From Lama glama (Eukaryota): a stretch of 64,000 bases of DNA. The stretch lies in NCBI GenBank assembly GCA_028534125.1, contig CM052817.1, positions 4,590,001 to 4,654,000 of the forward strand, read 5' to 3'. Under the pieces are notes generated by a model, which saw only the letters and a program-made list of their open reading frames with translations, had not been told where the DNA came from and searched no databases. Below, piece after piece: positions 26,401 to 39,674 of the stretch; within the stretch, counting starts at the first letter, position 1; every line of letters starts with the position of its first letter. Position numbers and translations under genes: made by a program.

Positions 26401-28200
26401 CTGCTCTGATTGTTTCATCTACATTAACATATTTGCTCCTCAAAGCAGCCTCTGAGCTAAGTGCTATTTATATGCAAGGAAACTAAAGCAGAGAATTTGT
26501 CACTTGCCCGGGGGTCACAAGGCAAGCTGTGGGAGGCTGACGGGATGTGAGTTCAGAGCCCAGAGCCTCCACCACCATGCTGCACAGCCCCTCACTGGAG
26601 GGGATGGGTTGTGTCCAGCCCTTTGTCCCCTCGGACGATGGTGCTGCAGGGCTTATCTGGGCCCATTATGCTCGTGTGGGAGGTCATCCGTAGCATGAAT
26701 TCTTCCAAGTCGCATTGCTGCATTAATGTGTATTTTAAAAATTTTTGATATTGTCAGACTGCCCGCTGCAGAGGCCGGACATCCCCAGTGCATGGGAGCC
26801 TCTCTTGCCCACGCCCTGGTCGTGCGGACTGCTGATCTTTCTGCCTGTGTCAGTCAGATGGGAAACCGCGGCCCCTCCCTGGAGCTTTCTTTCTGCCCTT
26901 TTCTTCTAATGTGTGTCTGACAGCTTCTCCTGTGTTGAAGAGGCAACTGTGTTTCCTTGTCTGGTTGGCAGAGGAGGTGGCCGGGCTGAGCGCTGGATCG
27001 TTTGTGTTGCAACGCTCTCCCCCAGGGCTTGGCTCTGTTGCTTCATCATCTGGTGACCTTGACCGCCTCCGCCCCTCCTCGTGCCTCGGTGTCCTCATCT
27101 GAACGTGGAGATGACACCGGTGCCCAGCCCCCGGGAGGCGAGATTTCACGAGCTCACACACGCCCGGGACTGAGAACAGGGGTGCATACCCACCATGAGT
27201 GTTTCACCCACTTCCGGTCACTTTAGCTCTTGACTCTCTTCTGCCCTTTGAGCCCCATGGTTTCTTTCTGTGGCTCAGCTTCCTGGATTTTGCAGAAATG
27301 GACGGCAGTTTCTCGGTGACTCCCGACTCCTTATTCCTTGCTCGGCCCATGCATGCCCTGCAGGTGTTCAGTCCACAGTAGGTGACGAGGGGCTGGAAAG
27401 GCGACTGGGAGCCCAGCAGGCCGGGTCCTGCCCCTGGGGCTTATAGCATAGTAAGGGAGAGGGGCGTTCATCAGAGAATCCCATGGAAAAATATGTGATT
27501 ACAAGCCAGGCTGAGCACCCTGAAGCTGCTTCTCCTTGCCCTGAGCGCAGTTTCTGCCCTGTAATCAGCGCCGTCCCAGGAAGTGGAGAAGTGATCCCCA
27601 GTGCTCAGTCGGCGTCGGAGACCAGCACCGTGGATCAGCACCGTGACTGCGTCCAGTGCACATAAAGCAAAGAGGACAGAAGTCAAAAGTCTTCAACTCT
27701 CTTCAGGTGTGATGATAAAAGCCCAGAAATTCATTCACCCCTTGAAATGGTGACGGCTGCTCTTGTGGGGAGCTGGACTTCCCTCGGGGCTCCCAGGATG
27801 ATGGACCTGGGAGGTGGTCATCCTGAAATGTTGGGATGTGGTGAAGGTTAAACAGGAAACGAAGGGCGCATTTTATCTGTACGCATCAGTGAGTAGAAGA
27901 GAGACCTTTTTTGGTTATGTAGTAGTACACCCTTGTAAACTGGGGGAAGAGCAGGCGTGGGATGAAAACCATTTTCACAAATTGCTTATCATCTGTTAGC
28001 TAACTCCAAGTATAGTGTGATTCCTGCTTTCCTGGGAGAACCGAATCTTAGAGCCTTAATGCTACAAAGGCTCTTAGAGGTCGTCTGGTCTAAATTCGGG
28101 GCCAGAGAATTATTCTCTCTAACACACACAATAAATGGTCAACCCACTTCTACTCGGATGTCTCGTTGACAGTGAGGGGTTTCCGTTCTTGGGAGGTTGC

Positions 28201-28645
28201 TGTTATGGCTTGAGTTTTGTTCCCCTCCTAAAGATATGCTGAAGTCCTGTCCCGAGTACCAGGGAATGCGACTTTACTGGGAAGTAGAATCTTGGCAGAT
28301 GTAATTAAGTTAAGCTGAAGTCACTCAGATGGGCCTTCACCCAGCTTGACTGATGTCCTTGTAAGAAGAGGGCAACTTGGACGCAGAGACAGACATCACA
28401 TGAAGACAGAGGCACAGGCTGAAGTGATGCATCTACAAGCCAAGGGAGGCCAAGGGAGGCCAAGGGTTGCCAGCAGCACCAGAAGCCAAGAGAGGTATGG
28501 AGCGGATTCTCCCTCCTGGTCCTCAGAAGGAGCCAACCCTGTGGACACCTTGATTTTAGACTTCTGGCCTCTAAAACCGGGAGAGAAGAAATTTCTGTTG
28601 CTTTAAGCCACCCAGGTGGTGGTACTTTGTCAAGGCGGGCCTCAG
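28201..28645 (+). mobile_element. MaLR LTR (MLT1B/C-like)
   Basis: tgttatggcttgagttttgttcccc...aaatttctgttgctttaagccacccaggtggtggtactttgt. Confidence 0.75.
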
Positions 28646-31621
28646 AATTCCTTATGAGGAATTCCCATTCCTTCTGAAGCTAAGTGAGTAGTCCTGGGAA
28701 GATGCATTTTAATGTGACTTGGAGTCATTCTGGTCATTCTGATGCCCAATAGTTTGAGAACTTCTGCTGGAGACCAGTGTGCCCAAATCGTGAGTCCTCT
28801 AGTTCGTTCTGGGCTGAGTCACAAAGTCACAAAGTTTGTGTGAAACTGCAAACCCTCCAGCCCTCTGTCTCTGGACCGTTCGTCTGCAGCTCCAAGCCTT
28901 CACCAGCTGAAGGTTGCTCTTGAGAGCCTTAATCCCCCTGCACTGCTTCCTGCCTCTTGCATGGCCCAAAACCTTGATCCAGAGCCCTGGCCTCCAGAGC
29001 TGTGACACTATGTTTCTGTGGTCCTGAGCCATCCGGTTTGCGACACTTTGTTACATTAGCTCTAGGAAACCAGTACCTCGTCCATCTCCATGTGGGCAGC
29101 TTGTTGTCCTTGAAAGGTCCTCCTCATCTTTAACCAGGAATCCTCATTCGTAGTCCCCCGTGTGCAGGCAAACGGCCAGGTGAATTGTGGGCGGCATCCT
29201 GACACTTCCTCTCCTCGGGGTCTCTCATTTCTCCGCCCTGGGGTTCCCACTTTCTGTCTCACCAGCACCACGCAAGTCCAAGCCATCACCATGTCTTCAC
29301 TGGCCACCTGTGCTCACCTCATGTCCATCCCTGACCCTCAGTCCTCTCTCCACACACCAGCCAGAGGGCTTCTTAGGGACCCTGACTGGAACACTTGTTG
29401 CTGAAGCCCTTTGCCAGCTTCCTGCTGCTCATGGTAAACCCTGTCATCTGCCCCAGATTGGAGACAGTTCGTGCATGGGCTCACAATTGTCAGACATCTG
29501 TAAGATCACCACGAAGAAGGTGGTGGAACTTGGGACAATGATGGGAGTTTTAGGAAGGTGGCTTTTAGCTGATTATGAAGAAGGCTTTTCAGACAGTCAG
29601 ACTGTCAGAGCTCACCCGCCTCCCCCTCAGTGGAGACCCTGCCAGAGAATCAGGTAGCCCCCCATCACCGTGGGTGTGCAGAGTTAGGCTGGACGCCCCC
29701 CTCTCCGGGCAGGAAAGATATTGAGGAAACCTGAGCACTGGGTGGAAAGATGACTTAGCTGCCGTCCAAGGTTTGTCTCATTTCTGAAGTCATCTTTAAA
29801 TATTCCGTCTTACAGTTTCTTTCCTGTTACCTTCATCTAATCTCCAGATGGAGCAAAATCTTTCTTTTCAAATAAGAGTTTTAAATGTAATCCATCTCTA
29901 ATCCATCTCTTTAGCCATTCATCTATCCACGTGTTAATGCTTCCTTTGCATTTTCTTTTCTTTGCTGCAAAGAATAACACCAAGGATGACCATGATGGCC
30001 ACAACCATGGCAACAGCAGTGTGGAGTGTAATATTTTTGGGCATCTCTTCTGTGTGTGCTAGTGTGAGACAGTGGGACAGAGTGTAGAGCAAGGGCCCTG
30101 AAGCCACATGTCATGGCTTCAAATCCCACTTCTGCCACCTAATAGCTATGTGACTTTCAACAAGGTACTTTCATTTTTCTGGGTCTCGGTTTCTTCACCT
30201 ACCTTATGAAATCATCATGGTAATTACATGGCTTGATGTATATAAAGCTATTAAAACAAAGGCTGTGCATAAAAGTCACTGCTGTGAATCTTCTCGGTGA
30301 CCTTCATTTGACATGAGTGATAATATTCTCATTAACCAACTGGGGAACTAGGCTCAGACACATCAAAAAACTCACCTGAGTCACCCAAGGCTTGGCTAGG
30401 GGAAGCTGAGATTGGAAGTTCAGTTGGTGTGGCTCCAGGCTCATCGCGCCTTCAGATGTCACGAAACACCGTCTTCCCGGGAAATGTCTGTTAGCGTGTG
30501 CTTAAAAGGGAATTGGGAAGAAAGTTCAGGGAGGGTCTGCAGTGGGGGGGGGGACTCTCCCTTCTCTTTTTGGTCTGTTCCGGAGCTGCCTGTCCCACTG
30601 GGGTCTGAGTGGGGTGGGGAGTGGGCAGTGATACGGAAAGGCCAGGGCGGGAGGGGTTAACGAGCCTCCGTCGGCATCTGTGCTCAGGAGCCGCTGAAGC
30701 CTGGAGAGGGAGGGCCCATCTGACTCCTAAGCAAAGAGACTTTTAAGAGGAAAAATGTCAAAGATGCAACTGCTGACCTTGTATCTGACAGTCTATTTGA
30801 GTTTATGCCAGAAAACTCAAGGCCGATCATAACTTAACCTGGATGTTTGATATATATGTATATATATTTAACTCTGATTTAACTTAATTTTGACAGTGGA
30901 GATACTAAGGAGTTATGTTCCTCTAAATTCCCATGGTTGAGGCCCTCAAATTGACCGGCTGTAAATGCGATCTGTAGCCCCGCATGGAACCTTGCTGCAG
31001 TAAGAGTCCGTGCAAATGGGCTCCCATGAGGAAGAGTTTCGGTGTCACTAGTGCTCGCTTGGCTTGTGTGGGTCTGTTACGCTTACAGCAGCCGACTTGA
31101 AGATGCCGGGATATAATGTAAAGTGTCCGTGGCCACTGCGTTTCCCTTCGGAATTAATTACCCTCCATGTTAGTGCGTCCTCCTTCACATTCAGGGAAAC
31201 ACTTACTGCCTTGTGTATCCAATCCTCTCCTAATTTCATTCTGACACCTTGCTTGCCATGTGATGAGAACATGATTAATTTTTATATGAAATGAATAAAG
31301 GAAAAGACATGTCTTTCTCTCACTCTCTCTCTCTCTTTTTTTTTTCACTCTCTTTTTTATCATCAGTCGCTAATCAAATTATTAATCCGTTCTTGGATAA
31401 TTTAAACTGTGCAGTTTCTTTTAGAAAGATGTTGTGCTGGGCAGGCCTACTAATAAATGCCAGTGGCTCACATCTATGAAGTGCTTCCTCTGGGCCGGCC
31501 TTGCTCTGACTCCTGTGTGAAGTCACACAATGACAAGAGGGCTGTGGCTTGTACAGGAGGTATCTGCAGCCAAACTAGCCTGAGCAGATACGTTCCTCTC
31601 TAAAGTGCAGTGACGATATTT

Positions 31622-31724
31622 GGGGGGAGGGTATAGCTCAGTGGTAGAGCATGTGCTTAGCATTCACAAGGTCCTGAGTTCAGTCCCCAGCCCCTCCATT
31701 TAAAAAATTAAGTAAATAAAAAAA
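31622..31724 (+). mobile_element. tRNA-derived SINE (camelid type)
   Basis: ggggggagggtatagctcagtggtagagc...gagttcagtcccc with A-rich tail. Confidence 0.88.
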
Positions 31725-32589
31725 GAGCAGCGAGAAGATGACATTCCTGTGACTGGAAAAAAAGTGAAATGTTCCCCAGGAAAGCCGTGTTTGAATCTTG
31801 CCAACGTGTTGAAATAGTGAAGAAGTTGAAGAATCCGAGTGCAGCTCAGAATGTCTCTGTCTCATAGAGGCTTTAGGGACTGTCTGGAGGGCTGGGGAGG
31901 TGGGAAAATATATGTATTTCATTGTTGTCTAAATAATTAAAAATGCCATAGGGGCTGATGAGAATTTCACCAGTGGATGCAATCCTGTATGCAGACTCTG
32001 CCTTCTTAATGTGCGTTTTGTTCTTCTGTGGCCATTTGGGAAATTAACAGATGATGGCTTCATTGGTATTTTTAATTGGTTTAAAGGGACATTTTCCTTG
32101 CTTTTGTGGCTTTGGAACACCCTTACAGTTTTTATTGGTTGCCGCTTCTGGCGGTTTTATCCATGACAATTAACATTAATACTATTAAAACAGAAAGTAC
32201 GTAGGAGCTTGTGTTCCAGGCACTGCAGCCAGTTTGAGCGGAGAGAGAATAGGAAAGACAAGGAAACACTGTGATTTAGAACCAGCAAAAGCCAGACTCC
32301 ACGCCATGCCTTTTCTGCTTCTTCTCCCTTCTAACCCTGAATGACTGCCTGGGAGGATGGCCCGCTCCTGGGCGGTGGCGGGGCGGGTGGGGCGGGGGGA
32401 CGACCAAGTCCTTTCCTGACGGCCCTTAAGCTGGGAAATGGTTTGACAGCCCAGAACTTACAGAAACTTCCTCCTGTTCATTTCAATCCTCATGCACCCA
32501 GTAAAACACTTGCAGTTTACCCAACAGGCAGCCACATGTTTTCTTATGCAAGTTAATGAATGAATGAAGAATAGAGTGGCCAGGCAGGG

Positions 32590-33040
32590 TGTATGAGTTT
32601 TGTATTCAGCTGTGACAAATGACCACAAACTTGGTGGCTTAAAACAACACAAATTGTATTACCTTACAATTCCAGAGGTCAGAGGCCAACGAAAAGTCAA
32701 GATGTCAGCTATGGGGAGAACCCATTTCCTGGCTTTTCCAGACCCCTGAGGCTGCCCACATTCCCTGGCTCGTGGTCCCTTACTCCATCTTCAAAGCTGA
32801 TGATCCATCACTCCTGTCCCGCCTCCTTCGTCACATCTACCTCGGATTCTCACTCCTCTCCTGCCTCCCTCTTGCACTTTAAAGACCTTGTTATTAATCG
32901 CCGCTGTAGGGCGGGCTGCTTAGCTGCCTGAACTCCGTCTGCAGCCTTGTTCCTCCTTGGCCACGTACCCTAACAGAGTCACGGTTTCTGTGGATTCGGA
33001 TGTGAACACCTTTGGGGGGTGGCATTATTCTGCCTACCAC
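32590..33040 (-). mobile_element. MaLR LTR (MLT1D-like)
   Basis: gtgacaaatgaccacaaacttggtggcttaaaacaacac...attattctgcctaccac. Confidence 0.75.
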
Positions 33041-34769
33041 TAAAAGCTTCATTAAAGGTGTGGAATCTGTTTTGTCTGTCTCAGTAGAGAAGTCCTTTTT
33101 ATCTGAGCCTGTGGACCATTGTTTGGTTGGGTCCTTGAGGCATCTGTTATGTGTCTTTCTTGCTTTGTAACCTGCAGAAAGCTCTTTGCACCTGCCATGT
33201 TCAGTAAGAACTTGTTTTGGAAACGAAAGAATGAAATGAATGAGCTGTTTAAAACTAGCCTAATTTGGTTGTATCTAAGGCCATAGGGGCCGTGTTGAAC
33301 TCAGATGGTAAAATTTGAGCATTAAAAAGAATAATGGCTGCAACTGATTGAAACCCAACAAATATACTAAAAATCTGCAACTTGAGAGGGATTCTCTGCA
33401 GAGGCAGGGGGCTCTTCCTAGGTTCAGCTCAACATTTGGACTCTTAACACTCCCATAGGCCACATTGGACTCCATCTGTGCGAAAGGGTTGAGGGTGGGA
33501 ACACAGTGCGCTTTTTAGACTTTCTTCTGTGGTTGCCCTTGCCTCAGGTCACACCGCAACCTACAGCTGTCCAGGAGGTGTCTTATCCCCAGGTCACACA
33601 GCTCTAAAGGAGATGCAGTCCACATCAGGCAGGTGCGGGAGCCTTCCTGGCTTAGAAACTTCCTACCCCGCAGGGGCCGACATCACAGGCATAGCCTCCA
33701 GCATCCCCCGAAGGGACATGCGCAGGTTCAGAACCTCTGCACTCAGGAAAGTTTGAAGTACCTTCCTTGTGAGGGATTTATGGTTCATTTACAGGCCCTC
33801 CCATCCAGATGTAATTTACCATCCAGGCGTCATTTTTACCATAAGCTGTGTTGCCTAGTAACACACTTGATGTTCTTGCCCTTCGAAGATTTTCCGGCAA
33901 AAGTTAACCAAAGCTCAGATTCTCAGGGAGTCAGGAAAAGTTTTATGAACCTTCTGTTTGCAGACCGAAACAAAACAAGCAAAGAGGCCAGTAAACAAAC
34001 AGACCCAAAGTCGTCTGTTACCGTTGGAGGTTGCGAGGACACCAACTCTTTAATTAGCAAAGAATCAAACATCTCTTATCTCTGAGCTTTATGTTAGCGT
34101 AACTGCGTTGTTAAAGAGAGCAAGTCCTTTTTGAAGAATTCCAGCTTCAAAAAATGCAGATGAAATGAGAGAAAGTGTGATTTTTCAAACCCTAATGATA
34201 TTGTGGACCTAGGTAACAATTACGATGTATACTAAAACCCTTGGTGGAGGTTGGTAGGAGATTTTATAGTGTAGAGATGATGATGGCACTGTTGAACTTA
34301 TGATCCATCTTATATTTACCCAGAGTGCAATCCCCCAGGAAGCACATGGTACCACTTATGGTGCATTTCCAAAACAAATCGAATCTGACTCTAGTCAAGA
34401 CCTTAGATCTAACTGGTAGTTTATGGGAAATACAGAAGATGGAGCAACAGTGAGGTCCCTTGGAAGCAATCAGCCAAATCCAGAACGCGGGACATTCTGC
34501 AGGGTGAACTGGCCTTGTTTTCCCAACAGGTCAATGGCATGGAAGGAAAAATGGAAGGGTAGAATGATCTAGAAGAAAGTGAACTTAATCAACATTGTGG
34601 GATTTTATTTGCTTCTCGAATTAAGCTTTCAATTGTAAAAATCATTTTGGGACTCTTGAGGTAGTTTGGATGACTGAGATTAATTTTTGGAATTATTGTT
34701 AACATTTTAAATGTAATAGAATAAAATGATGTATCATATGATAATGACATCAAGGTTGGGTAAAACTGA

Positions 34770-34860
34770 TATATATATAGACATATGTAGATATACATAT
34801 GCACTTGGCGTATGTATGCGTGGACTTGTGTGTGTGTATGTATGTGTGTGTACACGCATA
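34770..34860. repeat. (TA)/(TG)-rich degenerate microsatellite
   Basis: atatatatagacatatgtagatatacatat...gtgtgtgtatgtatgtgtgtgtacac. Confidence 0.75.
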
Positions 34861-35408
34861 TCCTTGACAGTTAATGATGATGCATACTGAGGAAATTAAC
34901 GGTAAAAGGAAAAACCTGGGATTTGCAGTAAAATGCTCAGACTTTGAAGAGAGTAGCTGTAACGAGACTGGTAAATATTGACAGTTTTCAAAGCTGAGTA
35001 ATGATTACATTGGGAGTCCTACTAGTCTGACTACTTTTAAATGCTTACAAATGTCCGTGATAAAAGTATCTCAAGACCCTTATATTCTTAAATATCAGAT
35101 GCCATTTTCTCCTCTGAAATTATCAAAGATGTTTAAACACTGTGAAGGGAGGGGTGAACTAAGGACCCGACTGCAGTGCTGGGGAACTTTTCTGGAAAGC
35201 AGTTTGGCAGGTCGTTCTCAGAGGGTTAAAAATGCCGCTTACATTTGAGCCAGGAATTCGCTGTGGATATCAGAAACTCTTTACAAAGATGTTTACTTCA
35301 AGATATGTTAGATTTGGGGTTTTTCAAGTAAGCCGAACGTGCACCACTGGCATTACGGTGAACTGAACCATGGCTCTCTGCGTGATGAAGGGAACTTTTG
35401 CAGTTTTT

Positions 35409-35587
35409 TTTTTTAATTTAAAAGATTTTAATAGTTCATTCAACATTTTTTTCATTTTCCTTTTGAACTTTTTTGGGGGGGTAATTAGGTTTATTTATCT
35501 ATTTTTTTAAGAGATGTACTGGGGACTGAGCTCAGGACCTCATACATGCTAAGCACGTGCTCTACCACCGAGCTCTACCCTCCCCTC
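35409..35587 (-). mobile_element. tRNA-derived SINE (camelid type) with extended 3' tail
   Basis: Same body as the 22112 and 31622 copies; candidate TSD cttttgcagttttt / cttttacagttttt. Confidence 0.85.
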
Positions 35588-35849
35588 CTTTTACAGTTTT
35601 TAAATCCCACTGGAAGACACCTGTTACAATGTGAACTGAAAAAAAGGGCAAAATTGTACCTGCATCTGTGTAAACAATGTATATCTATGGAAAAAATATG
35701 TGTAGAGAACAAGACTGGAAGAAAGACAACGAAGTGCCTTCATTGGCTCTGACTGAGTGGTAGACCTGTAGTGAAAGAAGTCTTCTTCTGTGTTTCTTTA
35801 TTTTCCGGAGTTTCTGTCATGAATGTAAATTAATTTTGTCCTATGCATC

Positions 35850-36275
35850 TTTTAATAGTTTTGTAGAGGTATGACTAACGTGCCATGGAAGTCACCCGCA
35901 TTAAGCGTACAGCCTGGTGTCCATGTGTACGTGTAAGTGCATACGGTTGTGCAGCCCCCACCACAATCAGGTGTTAGAACCTGTGACCCTGTGACATGTC
36001 TCACACAGATTTCTTGAGTAGAATTCACTTGTAGAGCAGTTTTAGATCCACAGAGATATTGAGAAGGTAGTCCTGAGTGTTCCCACGTACCCTGTACCCA
36101 CTTCCGCCGACCATTAATGTCTTCCATTACCAAGTACACTCATTACAGTTAATGGACCAACAGTGATGCATTAGGATTAACTAAAGTCCACACTGTATTC
36201 ATATGTCCCTTGTTTTTACCAAATGTCCTTTTTCTGTTCCAGGATCTCACCCAGGATGCTACACTGCATTTAGTT
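35850..36275 (-). mobile_element. Old LINE-1 3'UTR fragments (L1MB/L1MC-like)
   Basis: tagagcagttttagatccacagag...attaactaaagtcca...ttccaggatctcacccaggat...catttagttg. Confidence 0.6.
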
Positions 36276-36666
36276 GGCAGATCTGTAACTTAATTTTTAA
36301 TTGGAAAGAAAGTAAAATAAACTTCATTTTTAAGTCCTCCAAAAATAGTATTCTACCCATCTTTCTCCTGGTTTTCTTCTTCTTGTTGACTTGTTGCTGG
36401 TTGACAAAGACCATGTCTCATATTAATTATATTCCTTGTGGTTCCCAGCATGGTACCCTGCAAATTGACTACGATTCTGCTAATTTTGTCGCTATCCTTC
36501 AATGAGTGGTTGGAGCAGAAGAGAGAGAGAAAAGGAAGAAAAAGAGGAGAAAGGAACAAAGAAAGACCTTACCTACAAATAACTTAACACCTCAGAGCGC
36601 TGAGGGAACTTTGGTTTCTGCTGTGATTTGATGTAATGGAATTCTCTTGATCTTTGTGCTTCCCAG

Positions 36667-36904
36667 GTTGGAAATTGCAACCCTGAATCGAGCTGATGCA
36701 GATCTAGAAGCTTATCGAACTCAAATCAGCAAAGATATCATTGCCCTTCTACTGAAAAATCTGACCAGCCGTGGTCACCTCTCCCCTCAAGTGGAGAGGA
36801 GGATGGGTGCTGTTTTCAAAAAGCAGTTCCTGTTGCTGGAGAAAGAAATCCAGGAGGAGTATGATCGGAAGATGGTGGCCTTGACAGCTGAGTGTGATCT
36901 GGAA
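36667..36904 (+). CDS. EVC2: EVC2 exon 10 equivalent, 5' part only (rest lies in N gap)
   Basis: cttcccAG acceptor; phase 2 joins GA|G. LEIATLNRADADLEAYRTQISKDIIALLLKNLTSRGHLSPQVERRMGAVFKKQFLLLEKEIQEEYDRKMVALTAECDLE then Ns. Confidence 0.95.
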
Positions 36905-37404
36905 NNNNNNNNNNNNNNNNNNNNNNNNNNNNNNNNNNNNNNNNNNNNNNNNNNNNNNNNNNNNNNNNNNNNNNNNNNNNNNNNNNNNNNNNNNNNNNNN
37001 NNNNNNNNNNNNNNNNNNNNNNNNNNNNNNNNNNNNNNNNNNNNNNNNNNNNNNNNNNNNNNNNNNNNNNNNNNNNNNNNNNNNNNNNNNNNNNNNNNNN
37101 NNNNNNNNNNNNNNNNNNNNNNNNNNNNNNNNNNNNNNNNNNNNNNNNNNNNNNNNNNNNNNNNNNNNNNNNNNNNNNNNNNNNNNNNNNNNNNNNNNNN
37201 NNNNNNNNNNNNNNNNNNNNNNNNNNNNNNNNNNNNNNNNNNNNNNNNNNNNNNNNNNNNNNNNNNNNNNNNNNNNNNNNNNNNNNNNNNNNNNNNNNNN
37301 NNNNNNNNNNNNNNNNNNNNNNNNNNNNNNNNNNNNNNNNNNNNNNNNNNNNNNNNNNNNNNNNNNNNNNNNNNNNNNNNNNNNNNNNNNNNNNNNNNNN
37401 NNNN
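36905..37404. other. Assembly gap (500 N)
   Basis: Run of exactly 500 N. Confidence 1.
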
Positions 37405-37840
37405 TATCAACTTCCTGCAGCTGCTGTGACAAACGACCACAGACTGGGTGGCTTCAAACAACAAAGTTTCTTCTTGCCCAGTTCTGGAGGCCAGGAATCC
37501 AAAATCAAGCTGTCAGCCGGGCATGCCCCCTCTGAGGCCTCTCGGGGAGAACCCTTCCTCACCTCTTCCAGCTTCTGGGGGCTCCAGCCATTCCTCGGCC
37601 TGTGCCTTCATCACTCCAGTCTTGGCCTTGGTCTTCACATGGCCCCATGACCCTCTCACCTCCTCTTCTGTTTCTATAAGGACATGTGTCTTTTGATTAG
37701 GACTCACCCAAATAACCCAGGATGATCTCATGAGACCCTTCATTACATCTGCAAAACCCTTCTCCTAAATAAAGTCACATTCACAGGTTCTGGGGTTGGG
37801 ATGTGGCTGTGTCTTTTGTGGGGAACCAGCCAGCCCACTG
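37405..37840 (-). mobile_element. MaLR LTR (MLT1-type)
   Basis: gctgctgtgacaaacgaccacagactgggtggcttcaaacaac...aataaagtcacattcacaggttctgggg. Confidence 0.75.
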
Positions 37841-38074
37841 CCCTGCCCCTGGCTGACCCCGCCCTCTCATCTCCATCCATGACTAGACTGGTCACACCAT
37901 GTCTCCTTGAGCCGGGCATTTAAGAAGAATGTATGGCACACACTGTTGAGCGATTCAGCCCCCAAACAAACTCACTCTGTCTCTCTCTCTCCCTTTGATT
38001 CCCTAAATTTGTTATGTTTTTTCTCTGGTAAAAATAATACAAGTTCAATGAGGGAGACTTGGGAAGCGCTCCAA

Positions 38075-38292
38075 AGCAGAGGTCATCAGACTAGGATCCA
38101 TGAGTCCAGCCCTGCCCGGCCTGTTTCTGTCTGGCCCTTGAGTTGGGAACAATTTTTACATCTTTAAAGGAATGTAAAAAATAAAAGCAAAATAAAACAA
38201 ACGAAAAGAATATGTGACAGAGACCTGATGTGTCCTGTAAAGCCTAAAAAATATTTATCTGACCCTTTACTGAAAAGTTTGCTGACTCTTGC
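38075..38292. mobile_element. MER58-like hAT MITE
   Basis: Ends ...aaagcctaaaaaatatttatctgaccctttactgaaaagtttgctgactcttg. Confidence 0.6.
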
Positions 38293-39674
38293 TCCGAAGC
38301 ATGAAAAGAAAAACCCAGGGAAAAAAATGGAGACCCATCCCCTCAGTGCTCAACAGCAGACAAATATTCGTTTGTCCTGTTGATGGAGTTCCTGCTGTGT
38401 GTCTGAGCCAGCCGTGCTAAGGTGCCCCCAGCTCGTGTCCTTGGATTCGCATGTATTTGTGTATGTAAAGCATAAACCTTTTGCTTTACACATACGTATT
38501 TTTTCTACAGAGTAAATTTTATGCAGTTTATAAAACTGTATATCATGCTTGTTTGCACTTAACCTCACAGTATAAGCACTTTCTGATTTCATTAAATGCC
38601 CTCACACTTACTTAGCTTTCACTGTGGGTGGGGCATTGCTCTAAGCACGTCACCAGGACCTTCTCTTCAAATATTTACGCCAACTCAGTGAAGTGGGAAT
38701 TGATAGGACCTCAAGTTTACAGGTGAGGACGCAGATGCGGAGAAGGTCACCTGCCTGAGGACACGTAGGTGGACCACGACCGACACCCAAACAGCCCACT
38801 CTAACCACTGAGCATCACAGCCACCCCCACGCAACGGTGCATCAGAATCCTGGTGGGCTTCCACCTGGGCAGAGCTTTGGTTACCAAGACTTCCTGGGGA
38901 AGTGTAGTTTTTTAAGTGTTTGCTCATTATTTACACTGGTTGTTGGGGGCATGGAAAAGGGCTGACAGCGCAGAGTGTCTGCGCCCGCTCTGTGCGGTGG
39001 GAGGGCACCACCGTCCTGGAACTGACAGGCCACCCTGTTCAAAGACAAATCTGCTTATCTGAGCCAATGTGCTTCCAAAAATAGCACCTGAACTGCAGAA
39101 GTGAATAGAGCTCTTTCCTTTCCAGGCCGTGCAAACCATTCCATCTGACGTAACTATCGACCACTCTGTGCTTATCCACACAATTATGTCAGTCATCTTT
39201 AAATAAAATGCATGAAAGGATTTTGGCCATAGTATTCCACCGAGAATTCGTTTTTTTAAAAAAAGCTGAATGAACAGTATCAGTTTTTAAAGTAAAGTTT
39301 AGGGATTCCAGTAACTATTACAGAGATGAAATGTGTTCCCATGTAAACACCTATATAATCCTGTACAGTTTTCAAGACATTTCTCCATTAAGAGGCCCTC
39401 GAGAGGTCGTGATGACTGTAGACTAATGGCAGGTGGCTTGGGTTTGGATCCTCACTCTGTTCTTCCAGAAAGTGCATTGCTCAGTCTCTTTGGGTCTCGG
39501 TTTCCCCATCCTTAAATTGGGGCTAATAATGATGTCTGTCTTACTGGGCTGTTAGACCAGCACTCGGGGGTGTCGGTCCTGTTCTGTCCAGCTTTTACTA
39601 TGCTTCATTGTTTACTATAATCTTTAAAGAAACCCGTGACATAAAACAGTCAGAATATGAATCCTTTCTACTTT

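Noticed and set aside
31622..31700. tRNA-like sequence with A and B boxes
   Set aside because: It has an A-rich tail and two related dispersed copies with TSDs, so it is a SINE head, not a tRNA gene.
36647..37535. Long ORFs of 213-260 aa spanning this region
   Set aside because: Their length comes from translating the N gap; only 36667-36904 is real coding sequence.
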